A DNA stretch of 64,000 nucleotides from a virus, in IMG/VR virus record IMGVR_UViG_3300032797_000632, positions 1 to 64,000 of that record; one strand, given 5' to 3'. The number at the start of each line of letters is the position of its first letter. Within the stretch, counting starts at the first letter, position 1. Below the pieces are notes generated by a model. The model did not search any database, was not told the DNA's origin, and was given only the letters and a program-made list of their open reading frames with translations. A program made the position numbers and the translations under genes. Shown here one piece after another: positions 36,935-49,677 of this stretch.

Positions 36935-38485
36935 ATGGACAGGCGGGCGAAGCTGGTCGAAAGCGACCTCCAGAAGATAAAGGACCTTTACCAGGACGCC
37001 ACAGGGGCCATAGAGGCGGTGTCTGCGGTCCGGAGGGATTTCATGCTGAGCCTCGGGTCGGATGGATATGCTTTGTCCGACGAGACTTGGGCGAGGGCAG
37101 ACGATGAGCAGAAGGCGTCCATCAGGGAGATGCAGTCGATCATTTCCGAGTCGGACGAGCTTCTCCTAAAGGCGAAGGATTCGTTGCAGTTGTTGTTATC
37201 GATCTTAAGCTATATGAAAGGGGGAAAATTTATGGCTTCGATTCGGGATTTAAGGATGGAGGCGGGGGCAAGGGCGGATCTGACGGACGAGGATGTGCGG
37301 TTGCTCGAAGGCGTGGCCGATCTCGCCCTGAATTTTCCGGGCGTAAGATCGGCGGTCCCGGATCTCGAGGAGATGGCGATGATGGCCGACGATTTCCTTA
37401 AGGCGACGCCCTCCGCCGCCACCATCGGGGGCGACGCCACGGTCCAGGCCAAACTCGAGGAGATGTTGAATGCATATGGGGAATTCATGGTGGCCGCAGA
37501 TGATGTGAAGACATATGCGAGAATAATCGGCAAAGCGGCGAAGTGGCTTTTGGCCGCCGGGGCTGGCAGGTAGGGGGGGCGGGAGGATGCCATACGGAAA
37601 TTTCGCCACATTCTCCGAGTCCCCGGAATATTGGGAGATGATCGTCGAGGCCATGCTGGACGCACAGGACCCGGCGGAGGCCGCTTCGGAAATAGCCAGT
37701 CTGATTAGAAATTACATAGACGAGGTAGTCCGAAGGGCCATGCCGAAGCTCATAAGGGATATAGTTGACGATGGGCTGATATCCCGGCAGGAAATGGATG
37801 AGAATTCCTCGATGCTACATGTGGACATGGTCGACAGCTATTGGGATGTCATCAAGACCGAGCTTGAGAAGATAAGGGCTCTTTTTTAGGGGGGCAAATG
37901 AGGCTTGCGCGGAACATCGATGAGATTGAGGGCCTGCTCGAGTCGCTCGAGGACGGTGCCTTCGATCTGGTGGGGGTGGCGGAGTACCTGATCATCATCC
38001 TTGGGGACATGGAGGACACGGGGGTGGGGATGGATGTGATTCGCCTAGCGGCGGACGAGATCGCCGGCCAGATGGACGAGGTGCTGGACCGGGTGGAAAT
38101 AATCCGGACGGAGATGTTTGCGGCGGTCAAGGCCCGGCCCGAGCCCACAAGTGCGGAAAAGGGCGATTCGACATTGGAGTATTTTTTCCAGTGAGGAGGA
38201 AACATGCCGAGAATGGTTGAGGATCCGGTAAGCATCGAAGAGGCATCGGAGGAATTCAAAGACGAGATGATGGGCCACTATGAAGAGATGACGGATATCT
38301 TCGACGACCTGGAAGAATGCCTGCAGGAATTTGTGGCCTATGCGGCGAGGGGGGACGAGTTGTTCGGCGGAAAACTGGGCGAGGAAACGAACAGGCTGGC
38401 CGATGCCATAAGGTCGGCAATACAAGGCGTTAGGAGTGCATTGAGGCCCGTGGTGGATCAAATATCGAAGATCAAGGATTTTTAA
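36935..38485 (+). other. Four small acidic helical proteins (36935-37573, 37587-37889, 37898-38194, 38204-38485), putative head-internal proteins
   Basis: Consecutive ORFs with SDs; D/E-rich helical composition. Confidence 0.6.
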
Positions 38486-38497
38486 GCAAAGGGAAAA

Positions 38498-39121
38498 ATG
38501 CCGGCGAGCGACAAAACCCTTTCCATGCTTCTGGATCCGGCAATAAGCCGGGACTCCAACGGCCTGCTTATAAACGGCAACTTTGCCGGTCAGCAGGAGC
38601 AGACCCGGTTTCTGGCGGATCTGCTCTACCGGATAAGGCCAGCCAAGATTCTGGAGACCGGAACCCTCGGCGGGCTGTTCTGCTACTTCGCCCTAGAGCT
38701 TCTGAAAAAAACGGCCATCTTCACTTTCGACATCGACCCCCATGCTCAAAAGGCGGTGGACATTTTAAACGAGCATTACGGAAACCGGATAAAATTCACC
38801 CTGGGGGACAGCAAGGCGACCCTGCGGGCACTCGGCGAGCCCGGGATCAGGTTCGCATGGATAGACGGGGGGCATGACCAGAAGACCTGCTTCTACGATT
38901 TACGGAACTGCTCGAGGCTGGGGATCCCCCACATATGCGTGGACGATTACAAGATGTGCCCGGGGGTGAGGCCGGCCGTGAGGGATTTCTGCGGGCTGGG
39001 GGCGTATGCGGTGGCCGGGGCGGACGACTTCAAAAAGGACAACAGGGGAATTGTCTATCTAAGGAGACAGGTCAAAAAGAATAAAACGAAAGGGAGGCAA
39101 CATGGATCGGGATCGGTTTAG
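38498..39121 (+). CDS. Class I SAM-dependent methyltransferase (Methyltransf_24-like)
   Basis: ILETGT..G; FDID; GDS; WIDGGH; VDDY. Confidence 0.85.
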   Translation: MPASDKTLSMLLDPAISRDSNGLLINGNFAGQQEQTRFLADLLYRIRPAKILETGTLGGLFCYFALELLKKTAIFTFDIDPHAQKAVDILNEHYGNRIKFTLGDSKATLRALGEPGIRFAWIDGGHDQKTCFYDLRNCSRLGIPHICVDDYKMCPGVRPAVRDFCGLGAYAVAGADDFKKDNRGIVYLRRQVKKNKTKGRQHGSGSV

Positions 39122-42100
39122 AATGAGGCGGTTTTCGAAGGTTTACCCCTCGGAGCGGAGGATGTTCCTTCCCAAGCCTCCGGTATGGGTGGCGGACAGG
39201 GATCTGTGGGAGAAGATTTCCAAGAAGGTCGGCGGCTACGGGCGGGGATATGGCTGGTCCCTGACCGAGGCCACGAGGATCTACCGGGAGGAGGGCGGCG
39301 CGATCCGGCGGGCACCGGCCCGGTTCGACGAGTACAAGAAGGCCTCCCGCATGCGGGCGAGGATCGCCCGCCTCGGAGTTCTGCGGGCGGAACGGGAGGA
39401 GAGGCTGGGGGCCCCTCGCCGGGATCCACGCAGAGGGGGATCGGACATCTGGGACGAGTTGGTTGGGGGTTTTGCCGGCCCGGAGGAAATCGCCCACGGT
39501 CTAAACATTATGCTCGAGACAGCCGAATTGATCTTCGAGGCCATATCCACTATTCCTCGGGCCAAGATTGAAAAGGCCCAACAGAAGTATGAACGCAGAA
39601 TGGGCCTGGAGGAGTCGGACCGGCCAGTATCCCCACACCTGCGGATGGGGGCTAAGGGTGCCGGGAGGGTGTCGGAGGCTGTCGGATCAATAAGAAGGAG
39701 GATGGGCATGGCGATGGGGGACATGAAGGCCTTCAACCAGAGGTTTTTCAAGGATGTCCCGCAGGGGAAGGACATCAAATGGTACGGCAACAAGGGCGTG
39801 CTCGCACTCCCCGGGGGAAAGAATGCGGAGATAAAGCTGAACGACAGCCACATTTCTCGTCATTATGACGAGTATGTCGTGAGCATCATCGACGCCACGG
39901 GGCACGGGAAGATCACATCGCATCGGTTCCCCTTCGAGCAGTATTTGGACCCGAGCAAGCGCAAGGATAAACGGGGGGATTACGAGGGGTTCTACGCCTG
40001 GCAGTACTCGTCGGCACAACCGCTGGAATGGTACATCGCCGTCCCCTCCGACGACAATGTCCGGGCGATGGCCGAGGAGATCATGAGCTTCATCAAGGAC
40101 TACACCGTTTAGGGGGGATTTATGGGCATCAACGCCAAGGTGATCAGAATCAGGGAAATGGTGGCCGGGGAAAAACGGACTCCGAGGCGCATGGCCTTGA
40201 CCGACTTCCCCCGGAATTGGGACGTGGCCAAGGAGGTCACGGACTGGAATTCCGCCCTAGACTTCCTTGACAAATACAAGGACCGGGCCAAGGAATGGTG
40301 GAACCAGCTTCTGGACCGCCTAAAGCATGACGACTACGACAAGCCGGCCGGCCTGATAGACAAGGCCCTCGGGGCGATTCCCCTGCCGGCCAGCCGGAGA
40401 ATCCACAGGGCGGATGTGGACAGATCGAAAATATCGGAGGTGCGGAGGGCGGTCAAAAAGGAGTTCCCCAATTTGAGGTTCAACATCAGGGAGGTGGGGT
40501 TCTCCGATTTGGCCAGAGGCTCCCGGTATTTTTTCAGCGCCTCGAATTGGGACAGCCCCGAGACCTTCAAGCGGGTCGAGGAGATCGTCAAAAGCATCGC
40601 CCCCGAGATCATCGTAAGCGAGGGGGGCGTGATGATGGGTCCGGAACCCGCAAGCCGGCGGGAAAGGCATCAAAAAAGGAGGGAGATTGTCATGGAAGGA
40701 AAATCGGGGATGATCCTGCGGAGGGGCCTGGAGGAGGGGGAGGAGGAATTGGCTACCGTAGAATATGACGATGTTTTTGATGACAAAACCTCCGAGGTTT
40801 ACAGCAGGATAGAGAGCGAATGCACGGAGGCCGCCGACAAGGTGCAGGAGGCGATTGTCGAGGCCATCAACGAGATGGAGGAATCGCTGGTGGATATCGT
40901 GGAGGGCGTGATCGACGAGATGGAAACCGCCCTCGACCGGAAGCTTACCGAAGACGAAAAGGGCGAGGTGAGGGAAAAGCTGGCGGACGATTACAGGGAT
41001 GTCGCCAGCCAGTTCAGCACTGCGGAGTATGATTTCCACTCCTCGGTCGCATACTGGAACCCGAGGCGGTAGACCGTGCCCGAGTTCAAACTGAAAATAA
41101 CCATCGATGGCCGGCAGGCGGCGATTATGGTCGTCAGCGCCGACACGAAGGAGGAGGCGATGAGAAACATCAGGGAGCGGATCGACATCTCCGTGGTGGG
41201 GCAGGAGCCCCGGGGGTCGAGGCGGGTGCGGAGCCGGAGGTCGCTCCGCGAATGGGCCGACGACATTATGAACGCCGCCAAGGAGATCAAGTCGAAGCAG
41301 GAGGAGCTGGGCCAGAAGGCATGGAACATCATAATGCCTTCCCTCAAGGAGATCGTAATCGCCGCACAGGCGATTCAGTATGATCTTTTCTCGGAGTCGT
41401 TGCGAAACGCCTCCTTGAGGGAGGTCAAATCCCAGGAAGTGGCCGATGTGGTGTCCGACCCCGGGTTCCAGGAGCTGGTCGCCCCGGTGTCCGAGGGCAT
41501 AGTACAGCAGATGGGCGAGGTGGTGATGAGGACCGTCGACCAGATCGCCGGGCCGATCGAGGAGGTCCTTGATCGCCCCCTGGCCGAGGAGGAGCTGCCC
41601 GATGTCCACGAGGTGGCCACCGACATGGTCCAGGAGTCGCTCTCCCAGGTGTCCCGGGGGATCGCCGAGACCGCCCCGGCTCCCGGGGTCGAGGCCAGAA
41701 GGAGGGCCCGTTGGGCGAGGGGCTGATAATGACAAACCTGGTCGAGCTGGCCAGGGGGAGGATCGGCAAGCTCCCGGGCGTGGTGTCCGTGGGGCTGGCG
41801 GACATAAGCGGCATGGAGTACCTGTCCGTGACCCTAAAGCCCGGGGCCAAGAAGGGCGATGTGGTCCGGGCGATCAAGAGCCTGGAAAAGGAGGGCGACG
41901 GGGCGATCCCCTACGCCATCTGGCGGAAGGGGGAGCCGGTGCCAGAGGAGACGAGGCCCGGGATCCCGGAGCCCAAACCAAGGAAAAAGGGGGGCAGCAT
42001 GGGGTTGGTGGGGAAATCAATGGCCATAAGACGGATGCTCGGCAAGGAGGGCAAGGAGGCGGTCGAGGCGATGGTGGTCGAGTTTCTGTCCGGGAACCCG

Positions 42101-43632
42101 ACCCCGTCCGACCCGGAGGTGCATGAGTTCGCCGAGGGGATCGGCGAGGATACGGAGGCGGTCGAGGCCGCCTTCTACGCTCTGGCCGGAAAGTTCGTCG
42201 AGGTCCTGATGGCGGGCCGGGCCAACGAGAAGGGGTTCAGCGTCGAGGACGCCGACCCGGACGAGCTGGCGATGGGGATCAAGGTCGAGATGGAGCACAC
42301 CGGAAACAAGGACCTGGCCCAGAGGATCGCCCTGGACCATCTGGCCGAGGCGGACAAATACTATTCGGCACTCAAGGAAATGGAGGCGGGTTTGGGGATC
42401 GAAGGGAGGGAGGTCAAGGCCAAGATGATCCCGGCGCTCGAGTTCATCGAGGGGGCCGGGAGCACGCAGCCCTTGGCCGTCAACCGGTTCGACTCGGGGG
42501 AGCAGGCGGCGAAGTACGTCAGGAAGCTGGAGTCGCTCGGGGCGAAGGTTTTCATTGACGAGACCTATGGCGAGGGGCCCGACAAGTGGGCGGACGCCAT
42601 CATGGTGAAGCTCCCTAGGAGCATAACCCCGGATCTCCTCAAGGTGGTCGCCGAGGGAAGGGCCGACGACATGGGCATGCAGGGAGAGTATTTCCGGATG
42701 TGGTGGGATTAAACGGGAGGGGGCGAAATGATATCCCAAAAGGCGAAAGCGATAAGGAGCCGGCTGGTGGGGGCAGGAATCCCTCCAGAATGGTCGAAGC
42801 GGGAGGACATTCTCAAGATCGATGCCGGCGGAGTTTATGCGGTCTTGAATCGGAAATATCTGGGCGACTACCAATGGATGCTCAAGGAAGCCAATACCCG
42901 ATGGAACAGTGCCGTGGAGGGATTTCAAGAGTCGTTGGTCTCGGGTGCGGACTTCTGGGCCAATTTCAAGGGGGCACCGATTCAGAATATGACATCGGAG
43001 CAGTTAGATATGGCGCTTGATACTGCCGGGGACATCGAGGAGCAAGGACTCGGTTTACCAAAACCTCCCGCCCAATATTTTATCGCCACCGATGGCCAGC
43101 GCCGGGTGGCGGTGGATTCGGAGGGATATGAATATTGGAGGTATGTTGGAATCATCATTCCCGAAGCGACAGGGTTAATAAAGCTGGCGCAAATGATGCT
43201 GAACGACAATCCCGACATCAAGTACATCGCCATCGAGGAAGATGGAGATTTTATGGCCGGATATGATTCCCGTGGCGAGATGCTCGATGGCATTGAAATA
43301 GAGGAAGATTATTCCTTCGGGGGATAGGAGGCGGGATGCGAAGGGAAATAATGGCGATCAGGAGAATGCTTCGGAAGGCCGGACCATATCCATATCTGGA
43401 GGAGTCCATGCTCAAGGCGAGCCACTCGCTCGGATTTGCCATCGACGACCTCGAGGAGGCGTCTCGGGAGGCGGAGAAAGCCGGCATCACGGGCATGGCC
43501 AACCGCATGGACGAGATCAGGGAGGCCCTGCTGGAGCAGAAAAAGGGGCTGGATTCCAACCTGGGGCTGGCGTCGCAGTGGGGCCCGAGTGGGCCGATGC
43601 CGGAGCCGTGGGTGGAGAGGAAAAGGCGATGA
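39102..43632 (+). other. Six modular proteins with Arg-rich leaders (39102-40112, 40122-41072, 41076-41726, 41729-42712, 42728-43327, 43336-43632)
   Basis: 41729-42712 contains DUF5661-like ELAMGIKVEMEH..IALDHL.E..YY; acidic domains separated by R-rich linkers. Confidence 0.6.
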
Positions 43633-44651
43633 CGATAACGAGGGATGCAAGGCGCCTGCGGGCGATGCTCGAGGTTTTCGCCGTCCCCGATCCCCTCGGG
43701 GGATACATCGGGTGCAAGCAGAAGATAGTCGAATGGATCATGGAAAACATCCCGGAGGAGGCCGGGTGGGGGCTGGACGCCTTCTCCGGTAGTGCCGTGG
43801 TGGGTTACAACATGAAGGAGAAGGGCATGAAGGTCTGGACCAACGACGCCCTCCTCTATCCCTACCACCAGGCCCGGGCCCTGGTCCAGAATTCCAAGGA
43901 AAAGCTGACCGACGACGAGATCAAGGCCCTCGGGGCGCTCAATGGCAAGGCGGGGTTCATCACCGAGATTTACGGCGGGGTGTTCCTCAGCCCCGGAATC
44001 CTTCAGTACATGGACGCCGTGCGGGAGAAGCTCGAGGAGCTGGAGGGGTTCAAGCGGGACATCGCCCTGGCCGCCCTCTGCAAGCTGGCAATAAGGGCCA
44101 AGAGCCACGGGCGGTTCTCCGGCAAGGGTGTGGAGCTGACCCCGGAGAAATTCAAGGAGGGATACCCCGAGCTGCTCGGCGCCTACAACGACCTGATCAT
44201 CGAGGGCGACGAGTGCGAGGCCCACAACGAGAACATATTCGACCTCCTCCCCGAATTCGAGGGGGACTTCGTATATTACGATCCGCCCTACGTGACCGAG
44301 TTTTCCAACACCCGGTATGACCGGGACTACAACTTTCTCGAGGTGGTGTGCATCGGCCCGGAGGTCGAGCTGCTCAGCGAGGAGGAGCAAAAGAAAACCA
44401 GGAAGGTGGATGTGGCGGGGGACTTCATAACCAAGGGCACCGCTGTGGAGTGGTTCGAGCGCCTGTTCGAGGCGTCGAAGAACATTCCTTTCTGGATCCT
44501 GTCCTACCCCGACCATTCCATCCCCACGGATACGGAGCTCAAAAAGATGATCCCGGGCAAGGTCGAGCAGAAAAGCAAGGACTTCGATTACCGGGGGGCG
44601 CACGAGAAGAGCAAGAACCGGAAGGAGCACATTTTCATCGTTAAGGTATAG
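43629..44651 (+). CDS. Dam/D12-class DNA adenine methyltransferase
   Basis: YIGCKQK; DAFSGSAVV; TND; YYDPPY; WILSY. Confidence 0.88.
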   Translation: MTITRDARRLRAMLEVFAVPDPLGGYIGCKQKIVEWIMENIPEEAGWGLDAFSGSAVVGYNMKEKGMKVWTNDALLYPYHQARALVQNSKEKLTDDEIKALGALNGKAGFITEIYGGVFLSPGILQYMDAVREKLEELEGFKRDIALAALCKLAIRAKSHGRFSGKGVELTPEKFKEGYPELLGAYNDLIIEGDECEAHNENIFDLLPEFEGDFVYYDPPYVTEFSNTRYDRDYNFLEVVCIGPEVELLSEEEQKKTRKVDVAGDFITKGTAVEWFERLFEASKNIPFWILSYPDHSIPTDTELKKMIPGKVEQKSKDFDYRGAHEKSKNRKEHIFIVKV

Positions 44652-44661
44652 GAGGCGGAAG

Positions 44662-44883
44662 ATGCGGGAAGATAAAAGGATGCTGATTTTCAAGATCGTC
44701 AAATACGGCATGCTGGCCACCTTTGCCTGCCTAGGGGTGCTGGTGATGATGGCCAGCGGGCTGGGGACCGGGAAGATCGTCTCCGGGGCTTATTTGGCTG
44801 CCGGGGTTTTTATGGTGGCGGTCCCCATCATCATCCTCGTGGTCGATGTCTGGTTTACGGACGAGGGGGACGGGAAGGGTTAA
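44662..44883 (+). CDS. Small two-TM membrane protein
   Basis: Two hydrophobic helices. Confidence 0.65.
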   Translation: MREDKRMLIFKIVKYGMLATFACLGVLVMMASGLGTGKIVSGAYLAAGVFMVAVPIIILVVDVWFTDEGDGKG

Positions 44884-44913
44884 GGTTTCCACGATAGTGG
44901 AAAGGTGGCATAA

Positions 44914-45849
44914 ATGGTAAAAACATCGATAATCGGAATCGGCGGGGCGGGTGCCAACATCGTGGGATCCATTTGCGGGGCGTTCAAGGGGAAAAACCTC
45001 CCCGCCGAGTTTGCCGTCCTGAACACGGATGTGCAGGCACTCGGATCGATAGTCGAAAGGCATAAGCTGGATCCGGCGATATCCCACCAGATAGGCAAGC
45101 GGTCCACCAATGGCCTCGGGGCAGGAAGCATTCCCGAGATCGGGGCTGCCGCCGCCAAGGAGGATATTGCATTAATAAGAAGCCTAGTTCAGGGCCGGGA
45201 TCTCGTCATGGCCGTGGTCGGCATGGGAGGGGGGACCGGATCCGGGGCCTCCCCTATCCTCATGCACGAGGCCCGGGAGGCCGGAGCTCTGACCGTCTGC
45301 TGGATGGTAATGCCCTTCTCCTGCGAGGGGGCCAAGAGGGCCAAAATCGCCCGGGCGGCACAGAAGGAGGCCGAGGCAGAGTCGGACGCCCATGTGGTGG
45401 TGGCCAACGATGTGGTCGAGGACTTGGTTTTCAAGGATGCGATGGCGAATATCAACTCGACCATTGGCCGGGGGATCGAGGTCATGATCCAGGTGCTACT
45501 TGACCCTAGCCTGATCAACTTGGACTTCGCTGACTTCCGGACTGTGCTCAAGGCCGGGGGCCGGGCACTATTCTCCTTCGCCGGATACGATGGGGAGAGG
45601 CGGGCCGGCAAGGTGTCGGACGATCTGCTGAAATTCTCCCTCCAGCCGGCCACAAACACCAAGCGAATCAGGCAGTGCATAATATTCATCCGCGGGGGAT
45701 CCGACATGAGGCGGGACGAGATCGAGGGCGTATCCACCGCAGTGCAGAAAAAACTGGATGAGGACGCCCTGATGCTCATGGGCGTATCGGTGGGAGCGGA
45801 AAAGGGCCCGCTCGAGGCCGTGTTCTTCGGGACGATGGCGGAGAAATAA
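44914..45849 (+). CDS. ftsZ: FtsZ-family GTPase lacking the C-terminal linker and tail
   Basis: GIGGAGAN; NTD; GLGAG; tubulin signature GMGGGTGSG; PF..EG; T7 loop INLDFAD. Confidence 0.92.
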   Translation: MVKTSIIGIGGAGANIVGSICGAFKGKNLPAEFAVLNTDVQALGSIVERHKLDPAISHQIGKRSTNGLGAGSIPEIGAAAAKEDIALIRSLVQGRDLVMAVVGMGGGTGSGASPILMHEAREAGALTVCWMVMPFSCEGAKRAKIARAAQKEAEAESDAHVVVANDVVEDLVFKDAMANINSTIGRGIEVMIQVLLDPSLINLDFADFRTVLKAGGRALFSFAGYDGERRAGKVSDDLLKFSLQPATNTKRIRQCIIFIRGGSDMRRDEIEGVSTAVQKKLDEDALMLMGVSVGAEKGPLEAVFFGTMAEK

Positions 45850-45864
45850 ACCAGGAGGGAAACC

Positions 45865-48056
45865 ATGCCAGTGGACTACGGAAGGTTCAGGGTTGAGTTT
45901 GAGGTCGAATGGAACATCAACATCCGCGAGGTTTTACCCGATAACCCGATCGACATCATCAAAGATTTTGATTACCGTCTGGCCAACAGGCTGGTTGCTA
46001 TGTCCAAGGTGGAGGCGGATTATGACCGCCTGCCCGAGGAACCAATTGTGATCATTATAAAAGGATGGGCCGAGATCGATGTGCCATTGCCTGAGGACAC
46101 GGAGGGCATGTCGGATAAGGACATCGAGTCGGAGTTGAAGTCCAATGCGAGATACGAGCTGGTGCGGGATCTAAAAATTGATCAAGTGGATGTGGATGTC
46201 CTGAGCATAGTTCAGGCGTGAAACATAAGGAGGGCAAGATGCCATTATGGGAAGCCGAAGTGACCATTGGATTCGAGGAGAGCTTGATCATTAAGGCCAC
46301 GGAAGAAATGGTGAAAAAGCTCTACGAGGACTCTTTAAGCAAGGTGCTGGCGGAGGAGATTCTTGAAAGCCCCGAGCTTAATTTCGGATCTTCGGCCATG
46401 CTGGGATCCGTCGACGAGCCGAACATGAGGTTCGGGGTGCGGGGGAAAATCCGGACGGAGGCCAAAGACAAGGAGTCTGCCCGGGCGGATATCAAAGCCA
46501 GAATCAAGAGCAAGTTGGAGTTGTCGGGGCTGGGGGTTTACGCCGTGGCCATAAGGAGCATAAAGGAATTGGAGCAGCCGAAGGAGGGCAGGATGCACAA
46601 CATCGGGGCAGACAAGGGGAGCGTCGCCGAGAAGGCGTGGCTGTGGATCGTTGACGAACTGGAGAGCGACGGCCCTTACAAAAGCAACGACGAGGTATGG
46701 GATGCCTTTTGGGAGAAGGCCCACGAGTGGGCAAAGGATCCCGATAACGCCAAGGCCCTAGAGGATGCAGACATGGCGGTGGACGACATCACCGACCACA
46801 TCGAGGGGACCGAAGACATCGAGATATGGTTCGTCGAGGGTCAGCAAGAACAGGAAAAGCTCGATGATCCCGTCATCGCCCGGATCGAGAAGGTGGAGGA
46901 GTTCAAGCGGGGCGGGCCGAACTACGGTGCCGACATCGGGATGAACCCCGGGGATGAGGTGCTCATCTGGCATGACAAAGTGGTCATGTCCTCCGGTGGT
47001 TTTCAGGAGGGATATTACCGGGTCGGGCTCCGGGGAAAAATCAACCCGGATGGAACCACCGTCATATTCACCCACTATTGGTGGGAGGACATGCCGGAGG
47101 CTTACGAGGACATGCTTTACGATGATGCGATGGCACTTGCAGATTCTGTAGGGGAATAAATAAAGGAGGAAATATGGATCGCAGAGAAATGAGGCGTCGA
47201 CGGGCGGTTTATGGGGATATTGTTGATTTTAGCATTCGAGATATTTCCGAATTTCAATTGGATAAATTGAGCGACGAACTCGAATCGCTAGGCTTGGCAA
47301 TGGGGGATGATTACGGCTGGAGAAAGCGCGACAAGACAGGCTGGATAAGGCGGGAGTTCATTCAGGGCGATGTCGCCGCCGCTCTCGAAGAATACGGATT
47401 AGTTGAAACGAAGGAGGGCAATATGAGTCGCACGGACATAAGGCGACGGCGGGCGGCGGAGCCGATTCTTGAGATCGAGAAGGCGGACGAAGAGATGCTT
47501 GGGGGCCTGTTCGAGAAGGCCCTGCGGGAGGAGGCGATAAGGGGGAAGATAATGGAGATGGCGTGGGATGCGGCGGAGCACATCGCACAGGAAGGTCCCC
47601 ACATGGATCGGCTTGCACAGATCGTGATGGAGGAGGGGTTTGCCGACAATGAGTCCGACGCCATCGATATAGTCATCGAGCTGGCCGAATGGTGGATGCC
47701 CGAGGTATCGGCCATGATTCGCAAAGGCATCGATCAATAAAGGAGGAGGAGAAATGGGCAGGGAATTATTGAGGAGAAGGGCGGTGCACGCCGACGAGCT
47801 GGACCCGGAAGATGTCAAGATGCTCGGGCGACTGTTCGTCAAGGCGATAAAGGGGGTCGAGAAGGAGATCGCTGGCGAGGTGGAGGAGTTCGTCATGGAG
47901 CTGGTCCTGGGCGGACCGCACCAGAAGCTTCTCTGGCAGATCGTGATCGACGAGGGATTCGCCGGAGACACGGACGAGGCTTCCGACTTGGTGATCGACC
48001 TGACGCACCTGTGGGAGCCGGAAATCACGAGGATCGTCCACGAGGCGATTCCGTAG
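45865..48056 (+). other. Four acidic proteins (45865-46221, 46239-47159, 47174-47740, 47754-48056); the last two share a paralogous domain
   Basis: Strong SDs; shared MLG.LF.KA...GPH...QIV..EGFA...VI.L...W.PE. Confidence 0.65.
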
Positions 48057-48058
48057 GC

Positions 48059-48421
48059 ATGCTGGAGACCCCAAAACCCAGGGTCGTCTACGATCTGGAC
48101 GGGACCCTGTGCGAGTATGCATACCCGGACTTCGGGCCCCCGCGGTGGGATGTCATCGAGACCGTCTGGGAGTTCAAGCGGGCGGGGTTCGAGGTGTGGG
48201 TGAGTAGCTCGAGGACGAGCCCGCTGGCCAACCCGGACCCGGCGGAGAGGGAGAGGCATTTCCAGATGATGCTGGCATTTCTGGAGGAGATCGGGTTCCC
48301 GGCGGACTATGTGGACGACGGCACCCTGGGGAAGATCCCGGGGTTTAAGATAGACGACGAGTGCGTGTCGGCTTTTAGGGCGGAGGATATCTTGGCCGCC
48401 CTAGGCACGATGATGGATTAA
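48059..48421 (+). CDS. HAD-superfamily phosphatase-like protein
   Basis: VVYDLDGTL; SSR; GK; IDD. Confidence 0.78.
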   Translation: MLETPKPRVVYDLDGTLCEYAYPDFGPPRWDVIETVWEFKRAGFEVWVSSSRTSPLANPDPAERERHFQMMLAFLEEIGFPADYVDDGTLGKIPGFKIDDECVSAFRAEDILAALGTMMD

Positions 48422-48431
48422 AGGAGGAAAG

Positions 48432-49676
48432 ATGCCCGACATATGGAGCTTTGACACGGTCATCGAGATGATCGTCGAGGATGTGGAGGAGATGATGAGG
48501 CAGTATTGGAAGGAAGAGCCGACGGAAGGATCCCGAGTCATGGGACCGTGGATCGGGCTTGCGATGGACGCCTTTGCCGAGGAGATCGCCGCCCGGGTGG
48601 AGAGGGCCGTTGTGGACGCCCTTGTAAAAAAGAGGTACGAGATAGTTTAAGGAGGATGCCATGCCCAAATTGACATTCAAGACCGATGATCTGCTCGAGA
48701 TGTTCGGGCTTCCGACCATCGAGCAAATGGAGGATACCGGCGAGCAGATGGTCGATTATGCCTACCAGGAAAAGGACATCGACGAGACGCTCGAGGATTA
48801 CGGGATCGAGGACACGGAGAAAAACCGGGAGTCCGTGCGGATGGCCCTGATCGACGCCATATCGTTGGCCACGAGGGGAAACGCCGTGCAGCAGGTGCTC
48901 CAGACCCTCGGGTCCGTGCTGGACGAGTTCTCGGATTACAAGTACAGCTACGACATCATGGGCGAGAAGGGGTTCGAGGGGATGCAAGGAAAGGCCCGGG
49001 GGATCATTAGCCACAATATCGACTGGGAGAAAACGGTGGTCGAGGTGGCCGACGATTTCGGGCATGTGATCAACGATCTTCTGTCCGGGGAGGGAACGAT
49101 TCCGCCGGGCACCTATGCCGAGGATTACGACGCGAAGCAAATGCAGGGGTCGTTTCATGTTTTGAGCATGTATTGGGATGTCTACGGCGGGAGGATGCCC
49201 GAGGTCGGGGATTTCGACGCCGACATTGATAAGCATTATTTCAAGGAAAGGCTGGAGGAAGAGGGGCTCCTGAAAAAGCCCCGGAGGAGGAGATAAACAT
49301 GCCCGGCAAAAGACGCCTCGATCTTGGGAGCAGGACATTCGAATCCAGCAGTGTTTTCGACGAGGAGGCCGACGGCCCGATCCCGAGGAAGGAGCAGATG
49401 GCCGAGTGGGTGAAGTATATCATCGAAGAGCAGGCGGACCTGGAGGGAAGCTTGCCTGATGATTGGACGGATTGGGATGTGGAGATATCCGGCGAGGTGG
49501 CCGGCAAGGAGGACGACCCGGACATGGACTGGTCTTGTGAGGCCGAGTTTGAGCTGACCGATCCGGACGGGCATCCCGCCGTGTGGGGCACCATCTGGGT
49601 GCAGGGCCACCACCCCGACCCGAGGAAGATCGATTCGATTGTGGTGCACGAGGTGGGCATATCCGCGGAGGTCTGA
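48432..49676 (+). other. Three highly acidic proteins (48432-48650, 48661-49296, 49299-49676)
   Basis: AGGAGG SDs; D/E-rich. Confidence 0.6.
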
Positions 49677-49677
49677 C

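Noticed and set aside
44914-45849. ftsZ as evidence of host chromosomal DNA
   Set aside because: No dcw-cluster neighbours; embedded among phage genes; lacks the C-terminal tail
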